From contig OX597817.1 of the NCBI GenBank assembly GCA_951406725.2, positions 81,034,001 to 81,098,000 of the forward strand: 64,000 bases of DNA. Reading direction: 5' to 3'. Shown one piece after another: positions 14,760 through 28,397 of this stretch. The position numbers and the translations under genes are program-made. Numbering within the stretch: the stretch's first letter is position 1; each line of letters starts with the position of its first letter. The notes under the pieces are model-generated. The model saw only the letters and a list, made by a program, of their open reading frames with translations, did not search any database and was not told where the DNA came from. The stretch is from Octopus vulgaris. Lineage: Eukaryota.

Positions 14760-15460
14760 CAGGATAAATTATACTTTCTGAAGTCCACTTTCATTCCTCC
14801 TTAACCAGATCCAAATCGAACTCTTTTCAGTTGCTTCTGCTTTTGCCTTCAGACATCTGGTTCTCTTTTCCCCAAAAATTCAAAACAACTTTATGAGATC
14901 ATAGGCAGATTTTCCCACAAGCCCTTTCGCACCACCTAATTTAGAAGCCAGATTCTATCAGCCATGCTTCAAATTTATAAAGATATCACTTTTATAACAT
15001 GTTCAGTTTTCAAAGCTGTAACAGTAGCGCGTGTGCAACAACTTACTTTATAAACCATAATTATGGCTGGCTGTCTCCGACCATGCTCTTCATATAATCG
15101 TCTTCTCAGGAGACCAAAGGTTACGCTGGCATGTTTTATCCGCTGTTGGAGCTTCACATCAATATCTATGCTGTGTAATCGGTGACTATTACATAGCTTA
15201 ATGCGATATATGATAATGTTTATCACATATCGCTTTAACTATAGTTTATACCAGTAAAATGTTCATCTCGCCTAATTTTGAGAAGAGAGGACACAGACTC
15301 TCGGATAAAATCGGTGAAAAGGGCAAACGAGATCCGATAGATTCTAGAGACCTCTAGAAAAACATGTTCTCTCTTCCTGTATTAGATCAAATGCGTGAGT
15401 GTGTGAGAGAGAAAGCGAAAGAGAAGAGAGAAAGTGTGTGTGTATGTGTGAGAGAGAGAG

Positions 15461-15508
<48 letters not shown>

Positions 15509-15516
15509 ATAGTGTC

Positions 15517-15550
<34 letters not shown>

Positions 15551-15552
15551 CA

Positions 15553-15920
15553 GGCATAGCAATGTGGTTAAGGAGATCGCTTCGTAACCACGTAGCTTCC
15601 GGTTCAATCTCACCTTGGGACAAGTGCCTTCTATTTTGGCCTCAGGCCGATTAATTACTTGAGAATAAATTTGGTAGACGGTTACTAAACAGAAACCCGT
15701 GGAGTGTATGCGTGTGCGTACAAACGGTTTTGTGTGCCCCACATCCCGCATCTTGGCAACCGGGGTTGGTTTATTTACCTCACTTTCACTTAAGGGATCG
15801 TCATAGACACCGATAAAATAAATAGCGGACGTTAAAAAATATTAGGGTCGGTCTGTTCGACTGAATCCCTTCGAGGCGGCACATCAGCATGACAGCAGTC
15901 CAGTGAATGAAATGAATAAG
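15553..15920 (+). mobile_element. SINE family A, diverged copy
   Basis: Degenerate head, middle and tail motifs in the expected order. Confidence 0.7.
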
Positions 15921-15928
15921 AGGGTGTC

Positions 15929-16012
<84 letters not shown>

Positions 16013-16066
16013 TGTATAATATATATAATATGTATATATATGTATGCGTGTGTGTGTGTAATATAT

Positions 16067-16155
<89 letters not shown>

Positions 16156-16548
16156 AGATAAGAAAATGGAGAAATACATCTAAATCAAATATCAGTTACC
16201 GGATAATACTCAATCACATACTTTATTAAACCACCACATAAGAGACTGTAGGGTTAAACATAAAAATGCAGAACAAATCAGTGTACATAAAGGAATGTAC
16301 ATAAAAGAGTGATGTTGTATAATAAGTAGAATATATTTTAAAAAAAGAGAATATACATATAAGTAAATATAAATATAAGTATAGATTACATCTTACAGCT
16401 GTTTCGGTCATGTAGATAAGTATGTCTCATTTTACCAATATTGGCCTTTTATGGTAGGTCAATATATAGATATAAATGAGACATTTACAAAAATATCATT
16501 ATTTTCTTTTCGTAACATATTTCTACTATATATATATATATATATATT

Positions 16549-16628
<80 letters not shown>

Positions 16629-16788
16629 AAAATCATCAAACAGCATTTGAATATATTAAATCGGGTTGAATAAATAACAAACGACAGCAAATAGAATCGA
16701 ATGACACACATTTTACTTAACGGATAAAAGCATGCACAAGAGCATTTCCATAGGTGACAGATAGTTTAAGATTGACTGATTCATTATA

Positions 16789-16873
16789 TTGGGCAAGTGT
16801 CTTCCACTGCAGCCTTGGGCCGACCAAAGCCTTGTGTGTGGATTTGGTAGACGGAAACTGAAAGAAGTCCGTC

Positions 16874-16921
<48 letters not shown>

Positions 16922-17122
16922 GTGTGTGTGTTTGTGTGTGTGTGTATGTGTTTGTATGTCAGTGTTTGTTCCCCCACTATCGCCTGACAACCGATGTTGG
17001 TGTGTTTACGTCCTCGTAACTTAGCAGTCCGGCAAAAGAGACCGATAGAATAAGTACTAGGCTTACAAAGAATAAGTCCTGCGGTCGATTTATCCGACTG
17101 AAACAAATAAGCGAATAAAAGA
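16789..17122 (+). mobile_element. SINE family A, 5'-truncated
   Basis: TTGGGCAAGTGTCTTC...GGAAACTGAAAGAAG...GATAGAATAAGTACTAGGC. Confidence 0.85.
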
Positions 17123-17148
17123 ATATGTATGTAGGTATGCATATATAA

Positions 17149-17354
17149 CGAGTGCGTGCTGATAAGTTCCTGGTTTGAGGTAAAAGAAAATACAGGAGGA
17201 TCAGTTTTTATTCAATATATTCCCCTCTAAGATTCACACAGTTATTGCAGCGGTCCTTCAATTATTTTAAGCCCTGTAAAGACCTCGGAAGTTTGGGCCT
17301 TCAGCAGGCCTTTCACAACAACCTTAATACCAGGAACTTTTCAGCACCCCTTCG
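17149..17354. mobile_element. Mariner-type MITE family M (~200 bp)
   Basis: TIRs CGAGTGCGTGCTGATAAGTTCCTGG / CCAGGAACTTTTCAGCACCCCTTCG|TA. Confidence 0.8.
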
Positions 17355-17363
17355 TATATTTAT

Positions 17364-17396
<33 letters not shown>

Positions 17397-17400
17397 TAGA

Positions 17401-17520
<120 letters not shown>

Positions 17521-17552
17521 CAGACAGTCAGACAAACAGATAGATAGATAGG

Positions 17553-17654
<102 letters not shown>

Positions 17655-17655
17655 T

Positions 17656-17718
<63 letters not shown>

Positions 17719-17719
<1 letters not shown>

Positions 17720-17762
17720 GTTTCTTTATTGGCCACACAGGGCTGCACACAGATGGGACAAA
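17719..17762 (-). mobile_element. Tx1-clade LINE, extreme 3' end (44 bp) within (GATA)/(GACA)n
   Basis: Matches the 3' terminus of the copies at 17847 and 40245. Confidence 0.75.
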
Positions 17763-17846
17763 GACAGACAGACAGACGGACAGACAGACAGATAGACAGA
17801 CAGACAGACAGACAGATAGACAGATAGATAGATAGATAGATAGATA

Positions 17847-17951
17847 TGTTTTGTTTATGTTTCTTTATTAGCCACACAGGGCTGCACACAGATAGAACAA
17901 ATTACAAGGTAGAGCTTTTCTTTTGAAGGTTTAAAAAAAAAAAAAAAAATA

Positions 17952-17991
<40 letters not shown>

Positions 17992-19203
17992 TAAAAAATA
18001 AAATAAAATAAAAAAGGGGGGGTCGATCAAAAGGGATCGTAAAAGGAGAGAAAGAGGACAAAAAAAGGGGGGTTAAAAAAAGGGGGAGAGGAAAAAAAAT
18101 TGATCAATAGGGATCGTTATCACAGAAATGTCAATATGAAGTGTAAAGGGGGGACAGGTGAGGTTTACCCGTGGAAAGAAAAGCCTACGGAAAAGACCAC
18201 GGTAACCTCGGTCAATGAAGTCACATGTTATATTTCTTTTTTTTTTTTTTTGCAAATAAGCAACTCTCTGTATTAATTTTTACTGTTCATAGAATCATAG
18301 TCAAGGTGGCTTCGTCATTCATACGTGCCATCCTTGCTACATTCACCCATCTTTTTTTAAAACATTCACTAGACAAAACTTGCCTCTCTACTCTCACTTT
18401 TTCTTCAAGTGATACTTGAAGAAGTTGATGAGAGATTGACCAGAGAGGAAAGTGTTTGTCTCTAATCCTTTCAGACGCGTCCACCAGATACATTCTTTCG
18501 CCATAGCCACAAGTATGATAAAAATAGCTCTTCCTTCCCGTTTGAAGGAAGGAGGCGTGACGATATTAACGATAGACTCGGCTGATAAACCGACACGTCC
18601 CACACGTGACAGCAGTCGTTCGACATAAGCCCACAGGTGGGAAATTGCTGGACACTGCACGATTGCGTGCAGAGCGGTTTCGTCGCTCTGCCCGCATCTC
18701 GGGCAGGTCGGCCCCGTGTTTCTCGAGCCATGCCTATAGAGCTTATCCCGAACGGGTAGCGCTTCTCGGTAGCACCGCCAGGCCAGGGATCTCTGGAAGT
18801 TGTCCATAGGTCCCGGGCCGAAAGTCGTTTGAAACAGGCGGGTCAGGTATTCCTCGTCGACGCCCAGGTGTGCCCCGAGCTCGTCGTCGTACCTCCCCTC
18901 CACTAATCCCCTATAGAATGCTTTGGTTGTGTTGAAGTCACTCAAGGTCGACCCGGGACGGCAGAGTTGCTTGAGAGCAACGCGACACTCGCGGTGCCAT
19001 TCGCCCTTCTTCGGCCTCTTTTTGATCCACGACTGTAGTTCGGTCATGGAGACGAGTTGCGGGAATGCGTGCCTCACAAACGGCGACCACACCTGTTCAC
19101 CGTCGTCTACATAGAGCCGGAGATGTCGCAGTCTCAGCGCGTGTCTGCGCATCATCAACCACGGCATGCCCAGCCCTCCTTTTAACGGGTGTTGACAGCA
19201 AAT
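17847..19203 (-). mobile_element. Tx1/L1-clade LINE, 5'-truncated: ORF2 C-terminus with zf-RVT zinc knuckle, plus 3' UTR
   Basis: PLKGGLGMPW...QRSLAWRCYREALPVRDKL...TCPRCGQSDETALHAIVQCP...AKECIWWTR; a frameshift near 18400 continues to the stop at 18287; AATAAA at the 3' end; (GATA)n on both flanks. Confidence 0.92.
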
Positions 19204-19204
19204 G

Positions 19205-19302
<98 letters not shown>

Positions 19303-19716
19303 AGCATATATGCTTCTTTGTGTGTATATATGTATCTATGTATAAGCGTGTGTAGGAGGCAGGTATTTATGAATATGTTTGCACATAAGTATGTGTGTAT
19401 ATAGGTAAGTAGGTATGTATATATATGCTACGTATATCCCTATGTATGTATATAAGTTTCGATTCACATACGCACGCGCGCACACATGCATGCATACATT
19501 CAAACATACATCTATATACATTTATGCCCACACGGAAATATATAAAGCGAAATGAGGACAAGCTTGACAGGATAATTCAGCCACCACCACCACTGCCACC
19601 ACCGCCAATAGTGTGAAGCAAAATATGTTACGTACCACATAATAAGAAATACAAATTGTGTACTAAAATTTGGCAAAGTTTCTTAATAGCAGAACATTTA
19701 ATAATGAACATAAAGT

Positions 19717-19801
<85 letters not shown>

Positions 19802-19990
19802 CACACAGCGTAAATAATAAAAAGTCTGGTTCATATGAAATACAAGCGAGAGTGACTAAGAAAATATATCATTGCCAAAATAATTTTACTTACGATATGT
19901 AAAAAAAATTGTACAGTTTTTTTTTATTATTATTATTTTTGTTATTATTTATTATTACTATTTTTGTTGTTATTTATTATTATTATTATA

Positions 19991-20049
<59 letters not shown>

Positions 20050-20488
20050 TAATACTACTACTACTACTACTATTCATACAATCAGTTTAGGTTAATGACG
20101 GTTAATCTACTGATCAAATGATATACATTTTGTAAAACATGTGCGCCTAGACAGTACATATAAACACACTAGCATACTAACGCACGCACACACAAACACA
20201 CACACACACACACACATATATATCCCTATATATATATATATATATATATATATCACATATATAAACATATATATATAACATATATGTATATATATAACAC
20301 ATATGTGTAACATATATATACCTATATGACACATATATATAACATATAATCAACATATATGTGTGTGTGTGCGTGTGCGTGTGCGTGTGTCTATGTGTTT
20401 TTCCCTTTGTTTGTTTGTTTTTTTTAATCTTACATGCGTCAACATGTACATCCTTGCGACAACGTAACCTTTAATTTAATCAGGATAT

Positions 20489-20566
20489 TCTTGACCTGAA
20501 GAGTAGCCGGCTTGGATTGTTACCACTTCTGAGGTGCCGCCAGCTATGAAACATATGTAGCCTGGA
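20489..20566 (+). ncRNA. Hammerhead-ribozyme-like motif (group 2, long stem II)
   Basis: CTGAAGA-GTAGC...GCTAT-GAAAC-ATAT-GTA; palindromic stem III ACATATGT; stem I degenerate. Confidence 0.55.
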
Positions 20567-20794
20567 TCTTAAACACTCCATTCCATAACACTTGTACTCT
20601 TAGTCGCACACTCCGCAACCCTGGTTACCTACTGTGGAGTATAATAAAGAAGGTTTTTTTTTTCCCCAGCTTATCGTTCTTCGATACGAAAAATATCCAT
20701 AACTTTCCGTCTCAATAACCTACTATTGTCCCTGAAAGTTGTTGTTTTTTATATCTACTACTGATTGCTTGAAGCTAGCTTTCTTCGTACGCCT

Positions 20795-20847
<53 letters not shown>

Positions 20848-20883
20848 CAAAATAAGAAAATGGAGAAATATATCTAAATCATT

Positions 20884-21009
<126 letters not shown>

Positions 21010-21024
21010 GTATATATATGCATG

Positions 21025-21094
<70 letters not shown>

Positions 21095-21108
21095 TACGAT
21101 ATAAGCGC

Positions 21109-21239
21109 AGGCGTAGCTAGGTGGAAAGAAGCTTGCTTCCCAAACACATACTTCTGAGTCCAGACTTTGGGCAAGCGTCTTCTACTATAGCCTCGGGCCG
21201 ATCAAAGCCTTGTGAGTGAACTTGATAGGCGGTAACTGC
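21109..21239 (+). mobile_element. SINE family A, 5' fragment
   Basis: AAGAAGCTTGCTTCCCAA...CTATAGCCTCGGGCCGATCAAAGCCTTGTGAG. Confidence 0.75.
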
Positions 21240-21322
21240 TAGCTAGATAAATAGATAGAATGACACACATATATACATACGTACATATATATATAAGTAT
21301 GTTTGTGTGTGTGTGTGTAAAA

Positions 21323-21378
<56 letters not shown>

Positions 21379-21531
21379 AAATTGCGAGGATAATTTGGTG
21401 CTTGACTGAAGAAAGAAAACTTCGAATGACCCCTCCGTGCTTGTTTTCTTTGTATTGTCCATCAGGATGCTTTGTTTCACCTTTTTGTTTCACTTAGCCG
21501 TCCGGATGTTTTGCATTCTTGTCCCATTTTG

Positions 21532-21589
<58 letters not shown>

Positions 21590-22036
21590 TGAAAAATTGC
21601 ATAGGGTATGATTAGTAAAATTTTTGGTAGAAATGACTGATGTCCCTCTTAGCGTGAGGCATTTATGTGTAATAATACCCTCTATATATAAATTAATATG
21701 TTCAATAAGAAAGAATTATTTTCGAAATTTTTCTCTTATGAGGTTTTTCACGCTATCTACCTGATAATTTCTTGTTAAGATTCCTTATTAAGAAGTTATC
21801 CTTAATTGTTAAATTTATTCCGAAAAAACTTTTTCTGTCCGAAATGCAATTCGAAGAAGCCCGCCATTTACCGGATATATGATTTGTAAACTTCTCCATG
21901 TGCTTCGTTGGAGTAGAGCAGTTGGCTGTTCGACTTTGACGGTACTGGTCGTTTATTTATGATATGTTTTGGTAGAAATGACTGATGTCCCTCTTAGCGT
22001 GAGGCATTTATGTGTAATAATGCCCTCTATATATAA

Positions 22037-22039
<3 letters not shown>
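21590..22039. mobile_element. (TA)n-embedded element with 73-bp direct repeats
   Basis: 21622-21694 and 21967-22039 differ at one position; TA runs on both sides. Confidence 0.7.
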
Positions 22040-22091
<52 letters not shown>

Positions 22092-22189
22092 CATACCATT
22101 TCAGATGTGAATATCTGAGTAACTACATGTCCTAGGCAAACGAAATTAAATGGGCGTTGATTTTATAACCGATTTCACAAACTTCACGA

Positions 22190-22452
22190 CTCTTCAAAAT
22201 TCGCACTGCCTGTGACATGACACTCACCAGGTCAGTAGTCCACTTCCTGCCAAACACGCTGTAGCATGTCTTGCGTAACATTCTCCTCAGTGATTCTCTT
22301 CCTCAGTTCCTCCAGGCTTGTAGGAAGAAGCAGGATATATACTAGTCTTTTCACATAGCCCCATAGAAAAAAAATTACGTGGTGTCAAGTCAGGTGAACG
22401 TGGTAGCCATTTCAACGGCAAATTGTCATTATCACTGGCACGCCCGATCCAA
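22190..22452 (-). mobile_element. Tc1/mariner-superfamily transposase fragment (rosa/DD41D-like)
   Basis: Minus strand WIGRASDNDNLPLKWLPRSPDLTPRNFFLWGYVKRLVY...SLEELRKRI...DMLQRVWQE. Confidence 0.8.
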
Positions 22453-22570
22453 ACTTGGTTGGTTTTTACACATTTTGTTAAAATTTGAGATTATTTGAGC
22501 GAGAATTGGCTAATTATCAAACTACGAGATTATGTCAATATTGGATGGGGGGATGTAGATATATATATAT

Positions 22571-22693
22571 ATCACCGTGATCACCGTGAGCTACCAGGCT
22601 ATCAGATGTTTCTACACATCGCTGGTCACAATGCGCTTTGCATTGTTTTAGCCTTCAAGTGACGCCACCCCGCTGGTTAAGCGAGCAGGCCAA
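22571..22693 (-). mobile_element. ~120-bp interspersed repeat (probable LINE 3' end) in (TA)n
   Basis: Reverse complement of 29314-29436. Confidence 0.7.
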
Positions 22694-22697
22694 TATG

Positions 22698-22780
<83 letters not shown>

Positions 22781-23080
22781 TTATATATATATACATACTT
22801 ATATATATATACATACACATATATATATACATACATATATATATACATATATATATGATATATATGTATATATACATACATATATATATATACATACACA
22901 TATATATACACATTCCTCTTTAACAATTATACACACATACATATATATACATACATGTACACACACACACACATATATATATATATGTATGTATTATGTA
23001 TGTATATATACATACATACATATACATACGTAAGCATACATACATACATACATACATACATACATACATACATACATACA

Positions 23081-23112
<32 letters not shown>

Positions 23113-23139
23113 CACATATACAAGTTCCGCATGGAACTT

Positions 23140-23324
23140 AAATCACTACAGTCAACGCAGAATTTCGTAAGTCTTTCATTTTTTGTTCATTTCACTAACT
23201 TTTCTGTTGACTTTGCCTTTCATCCTTTAGTAATCGATAAAATAAGCACCAGTTGAGCACTGAGGTCGATGTAAGCGAGTTATTTCCTCCTCTGAACTTG
23301 CTGGCCTTGTGCCAAAATTTGTAA

Positions 23325-23374
<50 letters not shown>

Positions 23375-24310
23375 GCTGAAGTGGTGAACCGGCAGAATCA
23401 TTAGTGTTTCGAACAAAACGCTTAGCGACATTTCTTCTGGTTCTTTACATTTTAAGGCAGCGAGCTGGCAGAATCGTTACTGCACCAGAAAAATGCTTAG
23501 CACCATTTCTTCCGACTTTACATTCTGAGGTCAAATCCTGCCGAGGGCGGTTTTGTCTTTCGTCCTTTCGTAGTCGATAAAATAAGCACCAGTAGAACAC
23601 TGGCGTTGACTAACACCGTTCCCAGAAATTGCGGGCCTTGTGTCAAGATTTGAAACCATTTTTATAAGTATTGTTTTACAAGGTGGTGAGCTGCCAGAAT
23701 CGTTACCGCGGCACAGAAAATACTAAACGGCATTTCGTCCGTCTTTATGTTTGGGTTTCAAATGCCACCGAGGTCGACTCTGTCTTTTCGGAGTCGATAA
23801 TATAAGTACCAGTTGAGTATTGAAATCAATGAAATCTGCTAGACCCAGCCCACCAAATTTCAGGCCTTGTGCCTATAGTAGAAAGGATTATTGTTGTTGT
23901 TTTATTGGATTGAAAGGTCGATAGAGTGTCGGGTAGAAATTCTTTGCGATATTTGTTCCTGCTCTTTATGTTCTGAGTTCAAATCTCTCTCAGTTCATCT
24001 TTGCTCTTCATCACTTCAGAGTTGATAAAATAAGATGCCAGTCACAGGAGTCGATGTAGTTGACTAATCCCTTTTACCACTATCCCAAAATAGCTGGCCT
24101 TGTGCCAAAATTTGAAACCATTAAGGCGGTGAGCTAGCAACATCGTTAGCATGTCAAACAAAATGCTTTGCGGTATTTCTTCCGGTTGAAATCCCGCCAA
24201 GATCAACTTTGCCTTTCATCCTTGTGGGTTCGATAGAATAAAGTATCAATCAAACATAATCGAATTGCCCCAGTCTTCTCAAACTGTTAGTCTTGTGCCA
24301 AAATTAGAGT
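23140..24310 (+). mobile_element. Head-to-tail cluster of about six degenerate SINE family B copies
   Basis: Repeated GAGCTG.CAGAATCGTTA heads, GTCGATAAAATAAG..CCAG cores and GGCCTTGTG.CAA tails. Confidence 0.75.
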
Positions 24311-24325
24311 ATAATTGTTTCATTA

Positions 24326-24625
24326 GTGGAGGCACATGGCCTAGTGGTTAGAGCAGTGGACTTGCGGTTGAGGGATCGCGGGTTCGAATCTCAGACCGGA
24401 CGATGTGTGTTTATGAGCGAACCACCTAAGCTCCACACGGCTCTGGCAGAAGGCAATGGCGAACTTCTGCTGACTCTTTCGCTACAACTTTCTCTCACTC
24501 TTTCCTCCTGCATCTTGTAGCTCACCTGCAACGGACCGGCGTCCCGTCCAGGTGGGGAACCTATACGCCAATGAAACCGGGAAACCGGCCCTTATGAGCC
24601 AGGCGTGGCTCGAGAAGGAACAAAC
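24326..24625 (+). mobile_element. SINE family C, full length
   Basis: A box TGGCCTAGTGG, B box GGTTCGAATC, V-domain-like GGACCGGCGTCCCGTCCAGG; 13-bp TSD AATTGTTTCATTA at 24313-24325 and 24626-24638. Confidence 0.92.
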
Positions 24626-25598
24626 AATTGTTTCATTAAACTGACGTCGATGTGACCGACTAACTGCTGAAATTCCCGGCCTTGTGCATATTTTTCCTGT
24701 TCGTCCTATCTTAAGAAAGAGGCGTGTCCATGGCTTTCCTCAGGACCTTCACGATCGGTTACATGAACGCGATTAACGTTCTTCTTTAACACTTCGCCAG
24801 TCCTGTGTATCACATGCGATACACAGAACACCTTTCCCTGGTGTCCGTGCATTACACAATATATATCATTCATATGTCCAATTTTTTTCAATCACCAGAG
24901 TAACCTGGTCCTTTGAAAAGGATGCTTTGTATTATTAAAAATATATGAAACAAGAGCTAACAAAAAAATCTAAAAACAAACATGGATGCTTAAGACAAGT
25001 TTATGAAAATTCTATGGACAGGCAAAAGCTTTAGTTACAAATCGACAGAACAAAAGGCAAATCGACAGAAGGAATTCCAGACGGGAGCCAACATTCTTCG
25101 GAATGAAGTCTGGACGCTGTGGTTAATGCATGCCTTAGGCTGAACTTAAAAGCAGGAAATGTGCGAGTAAAGATGGTGCGAAACGAACCTGCTCCAAAGA
25201 GTAGAGGCTTTTCTACTCTCAATAGATAAGTTAACTATTTTATCATGCTAGGTATTTATCCGTTGCTAAGCTGGCGGTAAAAATATTTGTTAATCACGCA
25301 CGTAAGAGTACCTTCTTTTAATATTAGACGGTAATATAGTAAAAATCTCGTTAGTTACCATAGTGACAACCGTCTACCGATTTATCTGTCTTTCACACAC
25401 TCACACAAACACGCACACTCTCTCTCTCTCTCTTTCTCACACACACAAACACTCGCTCTCACACACACACAAATACTCACTCCCTCTCATACTCACACTC
25501 ACACACGCACACACACAGACACACACTCTGTATTTCTCTATCAACAACAACAACCTGTTTTTTTCTTCTTTATAAGAAATTAACTATTATACTATATA

Positions 25599-26164
25599 TT
25601 GGGCTGTCCGGAAAGTTCGTACCAATTTTTAAAGGAAAGAAAAAGGTCAATAAATACTTGCCATTACATTTTTAATCAACAAAATATGAAACATTTTGTT
25701 GCACAATGCGTCTCCATCTTTCCTTTAACTTGAAAATACCCACTTCCCAGAATTGAGGGAGTTTCGTGGCAAAGAATTCATCAAGGTATCTTTTTACGTC
25801 ATCCAAGGAATTGAAATTTTTACCATTAAGACTATTCTGCAGAGACCTGAATAAGTGGAAATCCAAAGAAGCAATATCTGATGAATATGGAGGGTGGGGT
25901 AACACATCCCAGCCGAGCTGCAATAATTTTTGTCTGCTTCCCAAAGCATCAAGTGCCCAAAATGAATTTTCTTATCTTCCATTTTAAAGGGTTACAGAAT
26001 TAATACAGGTTATAGGAACATAAACCTTCTTCCACGAAAATATAGCTTATACTGTGCTCTAAATGGAGGTGTAGTAAAATCCTATTTTATGGACTCAACC
26101 ATGTTCTAACATAAGTCGAAAGGTAAGCTATTATAAATCGACACGGACTTTCCAGACAACCCAA
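25599..26164 (-). mobile_element. Internally deleted mariner (DD34D-type) element
   Basis: TA-flanked TIRs TTGGGCTGTCCGGAAAGTTCGT / ACGGACTTTCCAGACAACCCAA; N-terminus MEDKKIHFGHLML joined to LGWDVLPHPPYSSDIASLDFHLFRSLQNSL...GIFKLKERWRRIV. Confidence 0.93.
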
Positions 26165-26758
26165 TACATGTATATGTAAATGCGTGTGTATATCTGTATG
26201 TGTATGGGTCTAGGTGCGAAAATATAAAAGTTCTCAATAAATAGGGAGATGTGATAAATGTGGATTTCTGTAGATCTGTGAATTTACACACGGGCATTTG
26301 TATTGCTTGATCCATATGATGATTTCACACCGATATCCTAGTCAATATTAATCCGGGTGGATTTTGGAGATACACGTTCAGTTAGTACTAAAATACTCAT
26401 GCACAGATACACGCACACATACACACACACACACATACATACATACATACATACATACATACATACATACATACATACATACATACATACAAACACACAC
26501 ATACACAAATCCAAAGGCACAGACACAAATCTGTACTTGAATGTATGTGCGCAAGCGCATTGACATATATCATATGACTGTGTGTACACGCAAGCACACA
26601 CACACACACACAAACACATGCACATATACTCACACACATACACATACATACACACATAAAAATACATGTACTTACATATTCAAATATATTCATATATAGT
26701 ATATAGATAGGTGTATATATATATGTATATATATACATATGTATATACATATACATAC

Positions 26759-26847
<89 letters not shown>

Positions 26848-27000
26848 TATATGTATATATATATATGTATATATATATATATACATACATACATATATGC
26901 ATGTATGTTTATGTATCTGTATATACACGTCAATATATTTAAATATTTGTACATAATATATGTGTATATGTATATATAAACATATATGTACACGCACACA

Positions 27001-27064
<64 letters not shown>

Positions 27065-28151
27065 CGTATACTCATCTACATATTTATATTCGTGTGCCTG
27101 TTTGTCGTTCGTAGCCTCGAATTAACGGCTTTCTGTTTGCTTGTTTGTTTGTTTTTTTCTCTCTCTCTCTCTTTCCTTCTTTCTTTCTTTCTTTCTTTAT
27201 TCTTTAGCATATTTGGCCATTTGACAGATTGTCGGTGCCAATGTCGACAGGAGAATATTGGTAAACGGGGGAACGTAAATCCCACGTCACGATTACATCA
27301 ACCAATTTATTAATGCCTTTTTAAAAACCTCCTACAATCAACAGCCAGATTAGGCGTTGCAAACAAGATATCACGTGCGTGTGATAAATACATTTATACA
27401 CGGGTACATTTTTATTCATTCTTATTCTTTATTTTTATTTACATCATTTATCTATATATTTATTTATATATCTTATTTGATTTTTTTTTTCTGATCGTAA
27501 ATAAAAAATCACAGTGAGACACACACACACATAAATACACTTTTCGCTCCACCATTCTCTCTTTTTTTCTCCCTCTCTCTCTCTTTATCTTTATCTCTCT
27601 CTCTATTTCTTTTACTATCTCATTCGCCTATATATACATATATATACACATATATATGTATGTATGTATGTATATGTATATATACAAAATATACACAGTA
27701 ATACATTAAGATACAATGCTCATGCGAGTGCACACATACACACACACCACATGCACACACATACATACATACATACAACACAACAAATACAAACAAACAC
27801 ACACACACGCGCAAACACGCACAAATACACTCATACGCACACACATCTATACATATATAAATATACACATATATATATATATATATATATATACGCACAC
27901 ACACACACACACACAAACACACACATACACATACATATATTTGGCCCATGTCCATGGAGTTCCTCCAAAAGCAAATAATAAAAATGTGGAGTTCTTTCAT
28001 CAATACAAACTCTTTACTTTTATAATTGACGAACAGATATTATATCATGTATATATATTGATGTCTGTGTGTGCGTGTGTGGGGATTTGTGGGGGGGTGC
28101 GTGTGTGGAGAAAGAGAAGTGGAGAGTTGAAGTGAAAGACAAAAAGCAAAC

Positions 28152-28350
<199 letters not shown>

Positions 28351-28397
28351 CGCATACACACACACACACATACACACACACATACATACATATATAT

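Larger units (their letters stand above)
13730..15230 (-). mobile_element. Highly decayed RTE-type LINE (RT C-terminal region), interrupted at ~14400-14970
   Basis: ORF 14975-15226 (QQRIKHASVTFGLLRRRLY...MVYK) matches RTE RI.KAS.AFG.L..R.W...VY; frameshifted FKD.K remnant further downstream on the minus strand. Confidence 0.6.

Noticed and set aside
16385-16490. Half hammerhead on the minus strand (GAAACAGCTGTA) next to an inverted repeat
   Set aside because: No CUGAnGA box in a suitable position; at most a truncated Penelope-like end.
18394-19167. 257-aa ORF as a host gene
   Set aside because: zf-RVT/LINE ORF2 motifs, 5' truncation, a frameshift and repeated 3' UTR copies show it is a retrotransposon.
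24326-24400. tRNA genes here and at ~59767, ~45660-45731, ~49470 and ~55555
   Set aside because: A/B boxes are present but there is no complete cloverleaf with acceptor stem; these are SINE heads or decayed heads.
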